IMG/VR virus record: IMGVR_UViG_3300011102_000346
Location: 1 to 33,933 of that record
Direction: 5' to 3' (one strand)
Source: a virus
Taxonomy: Duplodnaviria; Caudoviricetes
DNA length: 33,933 nt
Part shown: positions 1 to 9,600 of the stretch, piece after piece
Layout of the letters: each line of letters opens with the position of its first letter
How positions within the stretch are numbered: the first letter of the stretch is position 1
Made by a program: the position numbers and the translations under genes
The notes under the pieces: model-generated
The model's database searches: none
Told to the model about the DNA's origin: nothing
What the model saw: only the letters and a program-made list of their open reading frames with translations

Positions 1-264
1 GCACACGGCCCGCCGGCCGTTGCTCGCCATGCCGCACTGGCCGGTGATCTCGGAGAGGAGCCGGCCATCCTCTCCGCGCAGCTTGCAGTTGCTGTAGTAG
101 AGCTGCGAACCCGTCACGGGGGAGATCACCGCAGAGAAGCCGGCGCCCATCTTGAGGAGGCGCATCGTCTCGCCACGGTCAAGGGGGCCGCAGGCGACCA
201 CCGCCGGCAGGGAGTTGATCCACGCGCGGTAGTCCTCTGCGGTGGTGAATTTTTCGTCGGTCAT
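1..264 (-). CDS. hypothetical phage protein (runs off window start)
   Basis: ATG at 264 after GGAGG RBS; open frame MTDEKFTTAEDYRAWINSLPAVVACG... to position 1. Confidence 0.65.
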   Translation of the reverse strand, partial: MTDEKFTTAEDYRAWINSLPAVVACGPLDRGETMRLLKMGAGFSAVISPVTGSQLYYSNCKLRGEDGRLLSEITGQCGMASNGRRAVC

Positions 265-301
265 CGTGATCCTCCGATCAGTTCGTTCGCCATGCAATGC
301 A

Positions 302-363
302 AGCATTTCAAGGTCCCGATCGACACACAAGCGTTCCTGCCGTTCCGTTATCAATCGGTGACC
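302..363 (-). promoter_or_regulatory. leftward promoter with upstream GATAAC box
   Basis: minus strand GGTCACCGATTGATAAC-16nt-TTGTGT-17nt-AATGCT; same layout at 1300-1362 and 29164-29232. Confidence 0.6.
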
Positions 364-429
364 TGCGCCGGCCGTTCACCGGGCATTCGAGATCAGACGT
401 GTGATCCTCTCCGTTGATCGTGCGAACGG

Positions 430-470
430 CAGACACCTGGCCTAGGGGCTGACCCTAGGCCAGGTGTCTG
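430..470 (-). terminator. perfect 18-bp hairpin, probable terminator
   Basis: CAGACACCTGGCCTAGGG-gctga-CCCTAGGCCAGGTGTCTG just after the stop of 480-686. Confidence 0.6.
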
Positions 471-479
471 AGGCGTTCG

Positions 480-686
480 TCAGCCCTTGACGAGACTCAC
501 AATCTCCCGGTACTCACCAGGCGCGAACACCTCGTGGAACAGGAGTCCGCGAATCGCCCCGTCCTTCTGACGCACACGGACGGAACCGTCGGGGAACACG
601 TCTGCGATCACCTCAGTCCCGGCAATGCGGTGCCACATTGCGGCCTCCGAGTATCCCGCGATCCCCTTGTACGCCTTGACAGCCAT
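480..686 (-). CDS. hypothetical protein, 68 aa
   Basis: ATG at 686 with AGGAGAGG RBS; MAVKAYKGIAGYSEAAMWHRI... Confidence 0.7.
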   Translation of the reverse strand: MAVKAYKGIAGYSEAAMWHRIAGTEVIADVFPDGSVRVRQKDGAIRGLLFHEVFAPGEYREIVSLVKG

Positions 687-700
687 TGTCGTTTCCTCTC

Positions 701-835
701 CTACTTGTAATGCGTTTCGACGGGGGAGGGGCACATGAGGGAGTAGCCAACCCTCGTGTAGTGGTCTGCATGTGCGTTGCGCGTTTCGCTGGTGTGCCCC
801 TCATTGGGCAGCTTCCCGCAAATGTTGCATTTCAT
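701..835 (-). CDS. small Cys/His-rich hypothetical protein, 44 aa
   Basis: MKCNICGKLPNEGHTSETRNAHADHYTRVGYSLMCPSPVETHYK; GGAGG RBS; fills the gap between neighbours (alternative start 841). Confidence 0.55.
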   Translation of the reverse strand: MKCNICGKLPNEGHTSETRNAHADHYTRVGYSLMCPSPVETHYK

Positions 836-837
836 GA

Positions 838-1101
838 TCATTGCCTCCCCATTAGGTCAGCGGCGGAAGAGGCGCCGTACGCCGCCCACACGGCGCGCGC
901 GGCGGCGGCGCGGGTGCTCCCCTCGGCGGTGATCACGCGGTCCTCATCGTCGTGATACACCCGGATGACCCCCTCGTAGCCGCCGTCGCACGGGCGCACG
1001 TACGCCTCAGAGATCGCGGGCACCTGACGGTGCAGACGGCGCCCGTCCGCGACGATCTCGAATCGATTGTGGCGGCGGGTGGCGGCGGTGGTGAATTTCA
1101 T
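838..1101 (-). CDS. hypothetical protein, 87 aa
   Basis: ATG at 1101 with AAAGGAG RBS; MKFTTAATRRHNRFEIVADG... Confidence 0.65.
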   Translation of the reverse strand: MKFTTAATRRHNRFEIVADGRRLHRQVPAISEAYVRPCDGGYEGVIRVYHDDEDRVITAEGSTRAAAARAVWAAYGASSAADLMGRQ

Positions 1102-1121
1102 GATCACTCCTTTCGGATAGG

Positions 1122-1268
1122 TCAGCGGCGGAAGAGGCACCGGACGCGCTCCGCGGCGCGCTCCGCGGCGATGGTCGCGGCAGCACCGATGAGGACCACG
1201 GAGACGAGACCGGCCCCGAGGGCGGCGGCGCCGGCGAGGTAGACGGGAAGGTATCCGAGGGCGCTCAT
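1122..1268 (-). CDS. small membrane protein, 48 aa
   Basis: GGAG RBS; MSALGYLPVYLAGAAALGAGLVSVVLIGAAA hydrophobic stretch. Confidence 0.6.
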   Translation of the reverse strand: MSALGYLPVYLAGAAALGAGLVSVVLIGAAATIAAERAAERVRCLFRR

Positions 1269-1299
1269 CAGTGACTCCAATCGCTCGTGATGTACCGCG

Positions 1300-1362
1300 A
1301 GCATGCCAGCCGTCCGCAACGGCACACAAGGAGCTCTCGCAGTTCGTTATCGATCGGTGACC
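1300..1362 (-). promoter_or_regulatory. leftward promoter with upstream GATAAC box
   Basis: minus strand GGTCACCGATCGATAAC-16nt-TTGTGT-18nt-CATGCT. Confidence 0.6.
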
Positions 1363-1500
1363 ATGAGCCCGGCGGTGACGGGGGACGGGGTGCGGGCGAT
1401 GGGTGGTGAGGGGCAGGTGAGGGAGTGGGGGGGCAGGACTGTCAGCGCCGCTGACGCCCGGAGCACTGCCGGCTGGGCCGCTCGCCCCCGCCTGCCGGCA

Positions 1501-1569
1501 GTTCGCCCCCGTTCGCCGGCCGTTCGCCCCGAATCCCTGCCCATCGGCCCGAATCCCTGCCCATCGGCC
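1501..1569. repeat. short tandem repeats
   Basis: GTTCGCC x3 (1501, 1511, 1522), then a 20-bp-period duplication CCCGAATCCCTGCCCATCGG x2 (1528-1567). Confidence 0.9.
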
Positions 1570-1577
1570 ATGGGCGG

Positions 1578-1605
1578 GGCGCGCATAACGTGAATTATGC
1601 GCTCC
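1578..1605. other. symmetric dif-like tyrosine recombinase site (candidate)
   Basis: GGCGCGCATAA-CGTGAA-TTATGCGCTCC, 11+6+11; left arm matches the E. coli XerC arm GGTGCGCATAA at 10/11. Confidence 0.55.
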
Positions 1606-1942
1606 CCGAGGGGTGGGGAGATGTGGGGCACCCCTGCTCCCGCCGGCCCCGCCGGCGGGAGAGGGGAGGGGGGAGAGGGGGGGTGTCGCGGAGGTGCGGG
1701 TCACGGGGAACTTGACCCGGGGGGTTTTAAACGCCGTCCCCCCTCCCCCCTATACAGTCCCGCTCGCAAACCCTGTAAAAGTCCGGGCTCGCGGACCTGC
1801 CCTGAGCTGGCGTTTCTCTGTCTCAAGGAGGGGTGTATGTCCCTGGTCACCCTTGAATCCCCTCCTGACTTGAAACCTTGTCAAGTCGACACGCCGATGA
1901 GTCTCAAGAATTTTTCCGGAGTATTCGCAGGTCAGAGTAGGG

Positions 1943-1958
1943 TGTGACCAAAATCACA
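1943..1958. promoter_or_regulatory. CRP/GlxR-family binding site
   Basis: TGTGA-CCAAAA-TCACA, perfect TGTGA-N6-TCACA. Confidence 0.55.
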
Positions 1959-1999
1959 CTCTGACAAGACCTTGACAAGCCAGTTGGGGTGTATGTTCT

Positions 2000-2460
2000 G
2001 GGGAGGGGGGTAGGGGGGAGGGGCGGTAACGGCTCGGCCCGGGCGGCCTTGAGCCCCGGAACCCGCCCCTCCCGGGTCGGCCTCCCCAAGAGGCCGACAC
2101 CCGAGAACCCAGCGGGAGACTCCCTAAAGAGTCTCCCGCAAGAAGCCCGGTAACCGAGGGCTTAAGGACAGGTCTGCTCTCTGGAGCTTCAAGGCTCCAG
2201 AGAGCCGGGATACGGACCCTCCAGACGAAGACCGGCTCGAAGGCCGGTCTTCTCGCCTGCCCCCTGCTCGACTCCTCCCCTCCGGTCGTCGTCGAGCTGT
2301 CCCCCTGCGGGGTCCGGCCGCTCCCGAGAGGTCGCGGCCGTCCCCCGCCCCCAGCTTCCTCGTCGCCGCAAGCGAGACCTCGAGGTCTCGCGCATTCGCC
2401 AGAGAGGCGTTGCGCTCCTACTGAGTGGTAACTTACTTAAGCTGTGACCGGTGGGTCATA
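2000..2460 (+). other. non-coding hairpin array A with G-tract leader
   Basis: G4-A-G6-TA-G6-A-G4 followed by about 10 consecutive stem-loops; no credible ORF. Confidence 0.7.
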
Positions 2461-2502
2461 ATGGAGTCGTTCCCCCCGGAACGACTCGCCCCGAGGGGCT
2501 TT

Positions 2503-4419
2503 GTGGCGAAGAAGCTTGCCGACGCGAACAGGCCGAAGGTCCGGGCGTCGGCCCGGACCAGGCCCGCCAAGGGCTCTCGTCCGGGCACCATCGAGGCCAA
2601 GAGGCTCTTCCTGCGGGCCGTTCAGAACGGCCGTACCACCCGCGAGGCCATGGCCGAGGTGGGGTACTCGGAGCGGAGCTACGAGTACTGGCGCAAGACG
2701 GACAAGGAGTTCCGCCGCGAGGTGGACCTGATCCGCGCCATCCGCGCGAATCGCAACAACGTCGAGCGCGGAGAGAAGGCGTCCTCCTTCGAGGAGTTCC
2801 GCCGCGAGTACCTCAACACGGAGACCTTCCCCCACCAGCTCCGCTGGATCGACATTATCGAGGGCAGGCCTCCCAGGGACCTGCATCCGGCGATGGTCTA
2901 CGAGCCCGGGGACCCTCAGTTCGTGCTCATCACAACCCCTCCCGAGCACGCGAAGTCCATGACACTGACGGTGGACTACGCCACGTACCGGATCTGCAAG
3001 GACCCGAACGTGCGCATCATCATCGTCTCGGCCACGCAGGAGTTGGCGAAGAAGTTCGTCTACGCGATCAAACAGCGCCTCACGCACCCGAACTACTCCA
3101 AGCTCCAGTTGGCGTTCGCGCCGGCGGACGGCTTCAACGGCCCCAACGCCGTCTGGCAGTCGGCGTTGGTCTACCTGGACGGCGAGTCCAGGGACGGCAT
3201 GGAGAAGGACCCGAACATCGAGGCGCTGGGCATGGGCGGCCAGATCTACGGCGCCCGCGCCGACCTCATCATCTGCGACGACGTGCTGACCCTGCGGAAC
3301 GCGCACCAGTGGGAGTCCCAGCGGACCTGGCTGAACCAGGAGGTGCTGACCCGTATCGGTCCCGGCGGAACCCTGTTGGTCGCCGGGACCAGGGTGGCTC
3401 CCGTGGACCTGTACAAGGTCCTGCGAGACCCGGACAACTACCCGGACGGGGAGTCCCCCTGGACGTACCTGTCCCAGCCGGCGGTGCTGGAGTACGCGGA
3501 CGACCCCGAGGACTGGGTCACGCTGTGGCCCAAGTCCGACCGCCCGTGGGCGGGGTCGCGGAACCCCGACGACCTGACCCCGGACGAGAACGGCCTCTAC
3601 CCCCGCTGGTCCGGCCGGCACCTGGCCAAGAGGCGCAGGTCCATCGGCGACGAGCGCATTTGGGCGCTCGTCTACCAGCAGCAGGAGGTGGGAGAGGAGA
3701 GCATCTTCCCCCCCGCCGCGGTGCGCCAGTGCATCAACGGCCGTCGCACGGTCGGCCCCCTGAGGGGGGATGTGGAGTACCACGGCCGCCCGGAAGGTAT
3801 GCAGGGGCTGTACGTGGTCTGCGCCATGGACCCGGCCATGGCGGGGGAGACGGCCACCGTCGCATATGCGGTGGACGTCAAAACAGGGAACCGGTTCCTG
3901 TTGGAGCCGCACCGGATGCGGGCTCCGACGCCGGAGCAGATCCGGGAGCTGATCTTCTCGTGGACGGACAAGTACAAGCCGTCTGCGTGGGTCGTCGAGA
4001 AGAACGCTTTCCAGCTCTTCCTCACCCGGGACCAGCAGATCCGGGACTACCTGGCGATGCGCGGCTGCACGATGACCGAGCACTACACGGGGAGTAACAA
4101 GATAGACCCAGACTTCGGCGTCGCCTCGCTGGCGCCGCTGTTCACCGAACGGAAGATCTCCTTGCCGTCGTCGCACAACCACGAGGGCATGAAGGCCCTC
4201 GTGGAGCAGTTGGTGACATGGCGGCCGGGCGTTCCGGGATCTAAACTTGTCCAGGACCTGCCCATGGCCCTGTGGTTCGCAGAGCTGAAGGTCCGCGAGG
4301 TCATGGACCAGAGGCTCGGGCGGACCCGGAGCCATCAACAGAACAGATTCCTCCCCAGGTACCGACAGGCGAAACAGCGCCTTGCGCTGGTTCAGGGGAT
4401 GGAGTCATGGGCCTCGTGA
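2503..4419 (+). CDS. terL: terminase large subunit with N-terminal HTH-like extension
   Basis: Walker A-like PPEHAKS, Walker B LIICDD, GTR, nuclease AMDPA / VEKNAFQ / QDLPMALW; GTG at 2503 after GAGGGG (alternative ATG 2461). Confidence 0.9.
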   Translation: MAKKLADANRPKVRASARTRPAKGSRPGTIEAKRLFLRAVQNGRTTREAMAEVGYSERSYEYWRKTDKEFRREVDLIRAIRANRNNVERGEKASSFEEFRREYLNTETFPHQLRWIDIIEGRPPRDLHPAMVYEPGDPQFVLITTPPEHAKSMTLTVDYATYRICKDPNVRIIIVSATQELAKKFVYAIKQRLTHPNYSKLQLAFAPADGFNGPNAVWQSALVYLDGESRDGMEKDPNIEALGMGGQIYGARADLIICDDVLTLRNAHQWESQRTWLNQEVLTRIGPGGTLLVAGTRVAPVDLYKVLRDPDNYPDGESPWTYLSQPAVLEYADDPEDWVTLWPKSDRPWAGSRNPDDLTPDENGLYPRWSGRHLAKRRRSIGDERIWALVYQQQEVGEESIFPPAAVRQCINGRRTVGPLRGDVEYHGRPEGMQGLYVVCAMDPAMAGETATVAYAVDVKTGNRFLLEPHRMRAPTPEQIRELIFSWTDKYKPSAWVVEKNAFQLFLTRDQQIRDYLAMRGCTMTEHYTGSNKIDPDFGVASLAPLFTERKISLPSSHNHEGMKALVEQLVTWRPGVPGSKLVQDLPMALWFAELKVREVMDQRLGRTRSHQQNRFLPRYRQAKQRLALVQGMESWAS

Positions 4420-6212
4420 GGGACATCAAGGAAATCTCCCGGACCGTCCGGCGGCTGCGCGAGGCGCGCGCCGCCAAAGACCGGGTGATGGAGGACATCT
4501 ACCGCATCCGGGACGGCCGGATCGGCGAAGTCTTCCCGAGCATGTTCAACGACGACTTCCCTGCTCCGGTCATGGCGAACGGCATCGACACGTTCGCCCG
4601 GGACGTGGCCGAGTCCCTGGCCCCGCTGCCCACTTTCGCATGCGGCACCCAGAACATGACCTCTGACGCCGCCCGCAGGAGGGCGGACATGAAGACCCGA
4701 ATCGTCTACTCCTACCTGGCCACTTCCCAGGTCGCCGCCCGCCACGTGGACGCCTGCGACCACTGGGCGTCCTACGGCCTGAAGGTCACGCTCGTCGAGC
4801 CGGACTTCAAGGAGCGGATGCCCCGGATCACGTTCGTCGACCCCCGCGGGGTCTACTACGAGAAGGACCACTGGGGCCGTCTCCAGCACTACGCCCGCGT
4901 CTTCTGCAAGACCCGGGCCGAGCTGTGCGCCCTGTATCCGGAGCACATCGCGCGGCTGACACAGGGCGGGAAGTCCAAGGAGTCGGAGGACAGGCTGGAG
5001 GTCGTCCACTGGATGGACGCCCACCAGGTCGTCATGTTCGTGCCCGAGTGCCATGACCTGGTGCTGCACCGGGCGAGGAACCGCTTGGGCGAGGTGCCCG
5101 TCTCGGTCGCCGAGCGCCCGGGGGTCACCGACAACCCCCGCGGCCAGTACGACGACGTCATGTGGATCCAGGTCGCCCGCAACCGCTTCACCATGCTGGC
5201 GATGGAGGCCGCAGAGCAGGCGGTGGAGGCGCCTCTGGCGCTCCCCAACGACGTCACCGAGGTGGCGATAGGCCCGTACGCGGGCATCCGCTCGAACTCT
5301 CCGGAGAAGATCAAGAAGATCGGGCAGGAGATCCCGCAGGCGGCCTTCGCCGAGGGGTCTTTGCTGGATGCGGAGATGAAGGCCGGCGCCCGCTATCCGG
5401 GCGTGCGCACCGGCAACCTGGACGCGAGCATCATCACCGGCCAGGGGGTGCGCGCCCTGGAGGGCGGCTTCGACTCCCAGATTCGCTCCGCTCACGACAT
5501 CTTCGAGCCGGACTGGATCAACATCGTCCGGCTGTGCCTGAAGACGGATGAGACGTACTGGCCGGATGTGGAGAAGGAGACGACCGGCCGCAAGGACGGC
5601 GTCCCCTACAAGCTGAAGTACACCCCGTCCAAGGACATCAACGGGGACTACACCTGCGACGTCCGGTACGGCATGGCCGCGGGCTTGGACGCCAACCGCG
5701 CCCTGGTCTTCCTGCTCCAGGTCCTCGGTGGCGGTCTGCTCAGCAAGGACACCATCCGCCGGGAGCTGCCGTTCCAGATCGACATCACACAGGAGGAGCA
5801 GCGCATCGAGGCGGAGAACCTCCGCGACTCCCTGGTCCAGGCCGTCGCCCAGTACGCGCTGTCTGCGCCGGCGATGGCGCAGATGGGCCAGGACCCGTCG
5901 GAGGCGATGCAGCGCATCGCCTCCATTATCAAGGGGCGCTTGAAGGGCAAGCCTCTGGAGGACGTTGTTCTAGAAGCCTTCGCCCCGCCCGAGCCGGAAG
6001 AGGGCGAGCTTCCCGCGGAGGAGGCGCCTCAGGACCCGCTCTCCGCCCTCCTCGGTGGAGGCGGAGGCGGGGGACTTCCCGAAGACGTGGCACCCGGCCA
6101 GGCCCACATGGGACCTGGCGGCATGCCTGACGTGCTGACGATGCTCGCCGGCCTCAATTCCGGCGGCGCCCCGACCACGAACGTCAACGTGAAGCGAAGG
6201 ATTCCCGCCTGA
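4407..6212 (+). CDS. portal protein
   Basis: 601 aa directly after terminase; podovirus portal-like size and composition with low-complexity P/G/E/Q C-terminus. Confidence 0.85.
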   Translation: MGLVRDIKEISRTVRRLREARAAKDRVMEDIYRIRDGRIGEVFPSMFNDDFPAPVMANGIDTFARDVAESLAPLPTFACGTQNMTSDAARRRADMKTRIVYSYLATSQVAARHVDACDHWASYGLKVTLVEPDFKERMPRITFVDPRGVYYEKDHWGRLQHYARVFCKTRAELCALYPEHIARLTQGGKSKESEDRLEVVHWMDAHQVVMFVPECHDLVLHRARNRLGEVPVSVAERPGVTDNPRGQYDDVMWIQVARNRFTMLAMEAAEQAVEAPLALPNDVTEVAIGPYAGIRSNSPEKIKKIGQEIPQAAFAEGSLLDAEMKAGARYPGVRTGNLDASIITGQGVRALEGGFDSQIRSAHDIFEPDWINIVRLCLKTDETYWPDVEKETTGRKDGVPYKLKYTPSKDINGDYTCDVRYGMAAGLDANRALVFLLQVLGGGLLSKDTIRRELPFQIDITQEEQRIEAENLRDSLVQAVAQYALSAPAMAQMGQDPSEAMQRIASIIKGRLKGKPLEDVVLEAFAPPEPEEGELPAEEAPQDPLSALLGGGGGGGLPEDVAPGQAHMGPGGMPDVLTMLAGLNSGGAPTTNVNVKRRIPA

Positions 6213-6668
6213 TGGCAGAGCATGGAGGTAAGAGGACTCCGCGCAAGCCCGCTCCGGTGAGTGGACCGGGCAGGTTCTCCCGCAGGACGGACGGCGGCCC
6301 GCAGGGGCGCCGTCAGCTCCCTGACGCCGCCTACGGCGAGCAGGCCGCGTTCCAGGAGGCGCAGGCCGCGGCTCCCATGGCGGGGAATTCGCAGGCTCCC
6401 GCTCCGGGCGGGGCCCCTGCTCCGTCGCCGATAGAGGTCATCCCCTTCGGGGCGCCCTCCCGGCGGCCCGAAGAGCCGGTTACCGCGGGTGTGGACATCG
6501 GTGCAGGGCCGGGTTCCACCTCGCTCGGCTTCCCGGACCCGAACGAGCGGGTCAACCAGCAGGACATGGAGATGTACCGGGCGATGCTGCCCTACCTGGA
6601 GTGGATGGCCCCCGAACGCGACGCCCGGCACACGCGCCATGGTCCGGCGCATTAAGGGGATGTTGTGA
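6212..6668 (+). CDS. conserved small phage protein, apparently frameshifted near 6611
   Basis: MAEHGGKRTPRKPAPVSGPGRFSRRTDGGP...; frame 0 stops at 6655, +1 frame ends PNATPGTRAMVRRIKGML* at 6668 with GTGA overlap into the next gene. Confidence 0.7.
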
Positions 6669-9600
6669 GCCTGGGTCGAATGCACTGGTGGCAGCGTCTG
6701 GAGCTGCTGAGCCAGTCCGGAGCCGTCCCCAAGGGCCAGTACGGCGCGACCTTGGACCTGGCCACCGCCCCGTGGTCGGTGGCCGCTCTCCCCGTGGCGC
6801 AGCCTCAGGCGCCGCAGCAGAACGTGGCGCAGGAGATGGCCTCCAACCCGCTGGGCCTGCGCTCGCTGGAGGCGGCGCAGAACCAGATCGCCGCTCCTCA
6901 GGCGGTCGGAGAGGCCCCGGAGGGCGAGTCCCTGGCGAGCCAGCTCTTCGGCTTCGGAGAGCCCGTCTTCAACGCGCTCAGCTGGGCGTACCGGGAGCTG
7001 AGCAGTGAGGTGCTCAGCCCGATCACGCACATCCTGCCGACGGTCTGGAATACCGACCACCATCGCCGGATCGGCGCCGACAACTCCTGGGAGGCCCTCT
7101 TCGACGGGCGGACCTGGAAGGAGATCTGGGACCAGGGCGAGAAGGACTCCTGGGGCCGGGGGTTCTGGCGGACGGCCTGGCTGATCAACCGGGGCACCTC
7201 CATGTGGGACCCCGCAAAGGGCGAAGGCATCTTCGAAACCTCTGGCAAGTTCGGCACCACGGACGCCGAACAGCGGGAGCTGGAGAAGCACGAGATGTTC
7301 GACACGCTCTCCGGGGCGACGGACTTCCTCGGGGTCATGTTCCTGGACCCGCTCTTCATCGGCGGCAAGTACGTCGCCTCCATGCGACTGCTGCGCACCA
7401 CCAAGAAGTCTGCCCCGGTCATCGCGAAGGCCGAGGACTTCGACGAGATCATGGATTCCGAGCCGGTCGCTCGGTTCCTGGCCTGGACGGACGGCCGCAA
7501 GCCCGAGGAGATCGTCCGCCATTCGGCCCTGAAGAACTCGCCGCAGGCGGGTCTGATCGCCGACCTGCTGTCCAAGGCGTCCATGCGGGACAAGGACCTC
7601 ATCTACCGTGTCGCCCTCGGGGACGCGAAGGCGTTCCGCGAACTTCAGGCGACGGCTCCGGCCATTGCGGCGCAGTATGCGCGCATGAAGGGCCAGCACA
7701 GGCTCTACGAGCTGGAGACCCTGCCCCTGCTCGGCCGGTCGAAGGCCGAGCAGAAGGCCATCAGGAAGGACCTGAAGACCGTCCGGAAGTGGTTCCGCGA
7801 AGAGCACCGGACCATGCTGAAGCTGGCGGAGACCGAGTTCATCCCCGAGGGGATGCCGTTCTCTCCGCGCTGGCTCCCGCACGGGGACCCGCTGGTCCAC
7901 AACACCTACGCCACCGTCTACGCCCGCCTGGGGGACGAGCGTCGGTTGTTCGCCCCCACGGGCATGGTGGAGCGCTCGCTGGACGAGATCGAGGCGTCCA
8001 TGCGGCAGTTCGAGGACTTCAGGGAGGCTGGGCGGGCGCTGCGCGCCCAGTTGGAGGCGAAGCCCTCCAAGGCGTCCCGTAGGCAGGCGAAGCGCCACCT
8101 GGGATCCCGCCTCGGGGAACTGCCCGAGCGGACCCCGGACGGGCGCCGCATCCGCGGCCAGCAAAGCCTGGCCGATGGCATCGCGGATGAGCTTGGCGTC
8201 TCAAGGTCCATCGTGCGCGGTATCGACGCACAGATGCGCGCCGGCCTGCCGGTCGGTGTGCGCGGCTCCGCCAAGCAGCAGGTCGCCCGCCTTGGGGGCG
8301 AGCGGTCTGGACACCTGGAGCGCATCGAGGACCTCAGGTCCTCGCGCAAGGCCCTGAAGCAGAAGCAGCAGATAGAGCCCTCTTACCAGCAGTGGTGGCA
8401 CGAGCAGCTGGAGACCTACAACCCGGCACCCGCCGCGGAGTTCGCGGAGAAGATGTCCCGGCAGCTGGACTTGCTGGACGACTGGGTCGCGCCTGAGCTG
8501 ACGCAGCTCAACTCCGAAGGCGCGTTCTTCACGCGCGTCCAGGAACTCGCCGACGATGTGGCGGTCACGCCCACGAAGACGGGCATCTTCGCCTCCGTCG
8601 ACGTGCTCCCCAAGGGGGGCGCGTACTCGCGCATTGCGGAAAAGAAGGCCGAGTTCGGCACAAAGGTGGCGATGGTCACCCAGCGCCGGGTCCGGGGCGC
8701 CCTGTGGCATGCGGGCTGGGCCTCCCGCCCCGTCTACATCCTCAACGACCTCCGCGAGGGTCTGGCTCGGGGCAATACTCCAGCCTCCATCTCCATGGGC
8801 AGCCCGGAGGCGTGGCGGACGGTGGACGCCTGGCTCAAGCGCGTGCGCGGGCTCCCGCCCGCGGTGCGCATGGAGTGGGTCAGGAAGTTCATGGGAGCCG
8901 CCGACGAGCAGACCAAGCTTCAGCTGGTGGAGAAGATGGAGGGCGCCGTCATCAAGCACCTCCTGCGGGTGCACGGCGTCACCGACGACGCCACGATCGA
9001 GCAGATCGTGGCGAACACCATGGGCTCCCACAAGGCGATCTTCGGCCGGATGGCGGACGAGGCCAAGGCGCTTGCCGAGGGCAGGAGCCCCCGGGCGGGG
9101 GACGCTCGGACTTACAACGCGGTGAGGCCGGCGACGTTGAATCTGGACGGCACCGCCCTGGTGCCGGGGCCCCAACTGCTCACGCAGCTGGTCAACGAGC
9201 GTCCGTTGCTGGACGTGGAGCTGCTGGACAAGGCGTTCAGGCGGGACCGCACGGTCCTTCAGTCGCTGCTGCCGGGCAGCAAGCTCAAGGACCCGGTGAT
9301 GAGCCTGGCGACCTGGACGGGTCGTATATGGAAGCTGTCAGTCCTGGCTCGGGCGGGCTACGCCATCCGCACCGTCTCGGACGAGGTGATGGTGGCGGCG
9401 GCGGCCCTGAATTCGTGGATGTACCTGGCCGGGGCGATCTCCGGGGCGGGGAGGCTGGCTGCGAGCCAGCCCGCCCGCATCCGCAACGTCGGGGCCAGGA
9501 TCCAGAACCGCCGGGCGGTGCGGACCCGCCGCCTGCCCGAGGCGGAGTTGAAGGAGGTCCCGCACCAGCGGGGCACCAAGCCGGTGGTCGTGGGCGATTC

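Noticed and set aside
370-420. RBS-like GGAGAGGATCAC on the minus strand resembling the start context at 264-280
   Set aside because: Followed by ACG rather than a start codon and no convincing ORF; at most a decayed gene start
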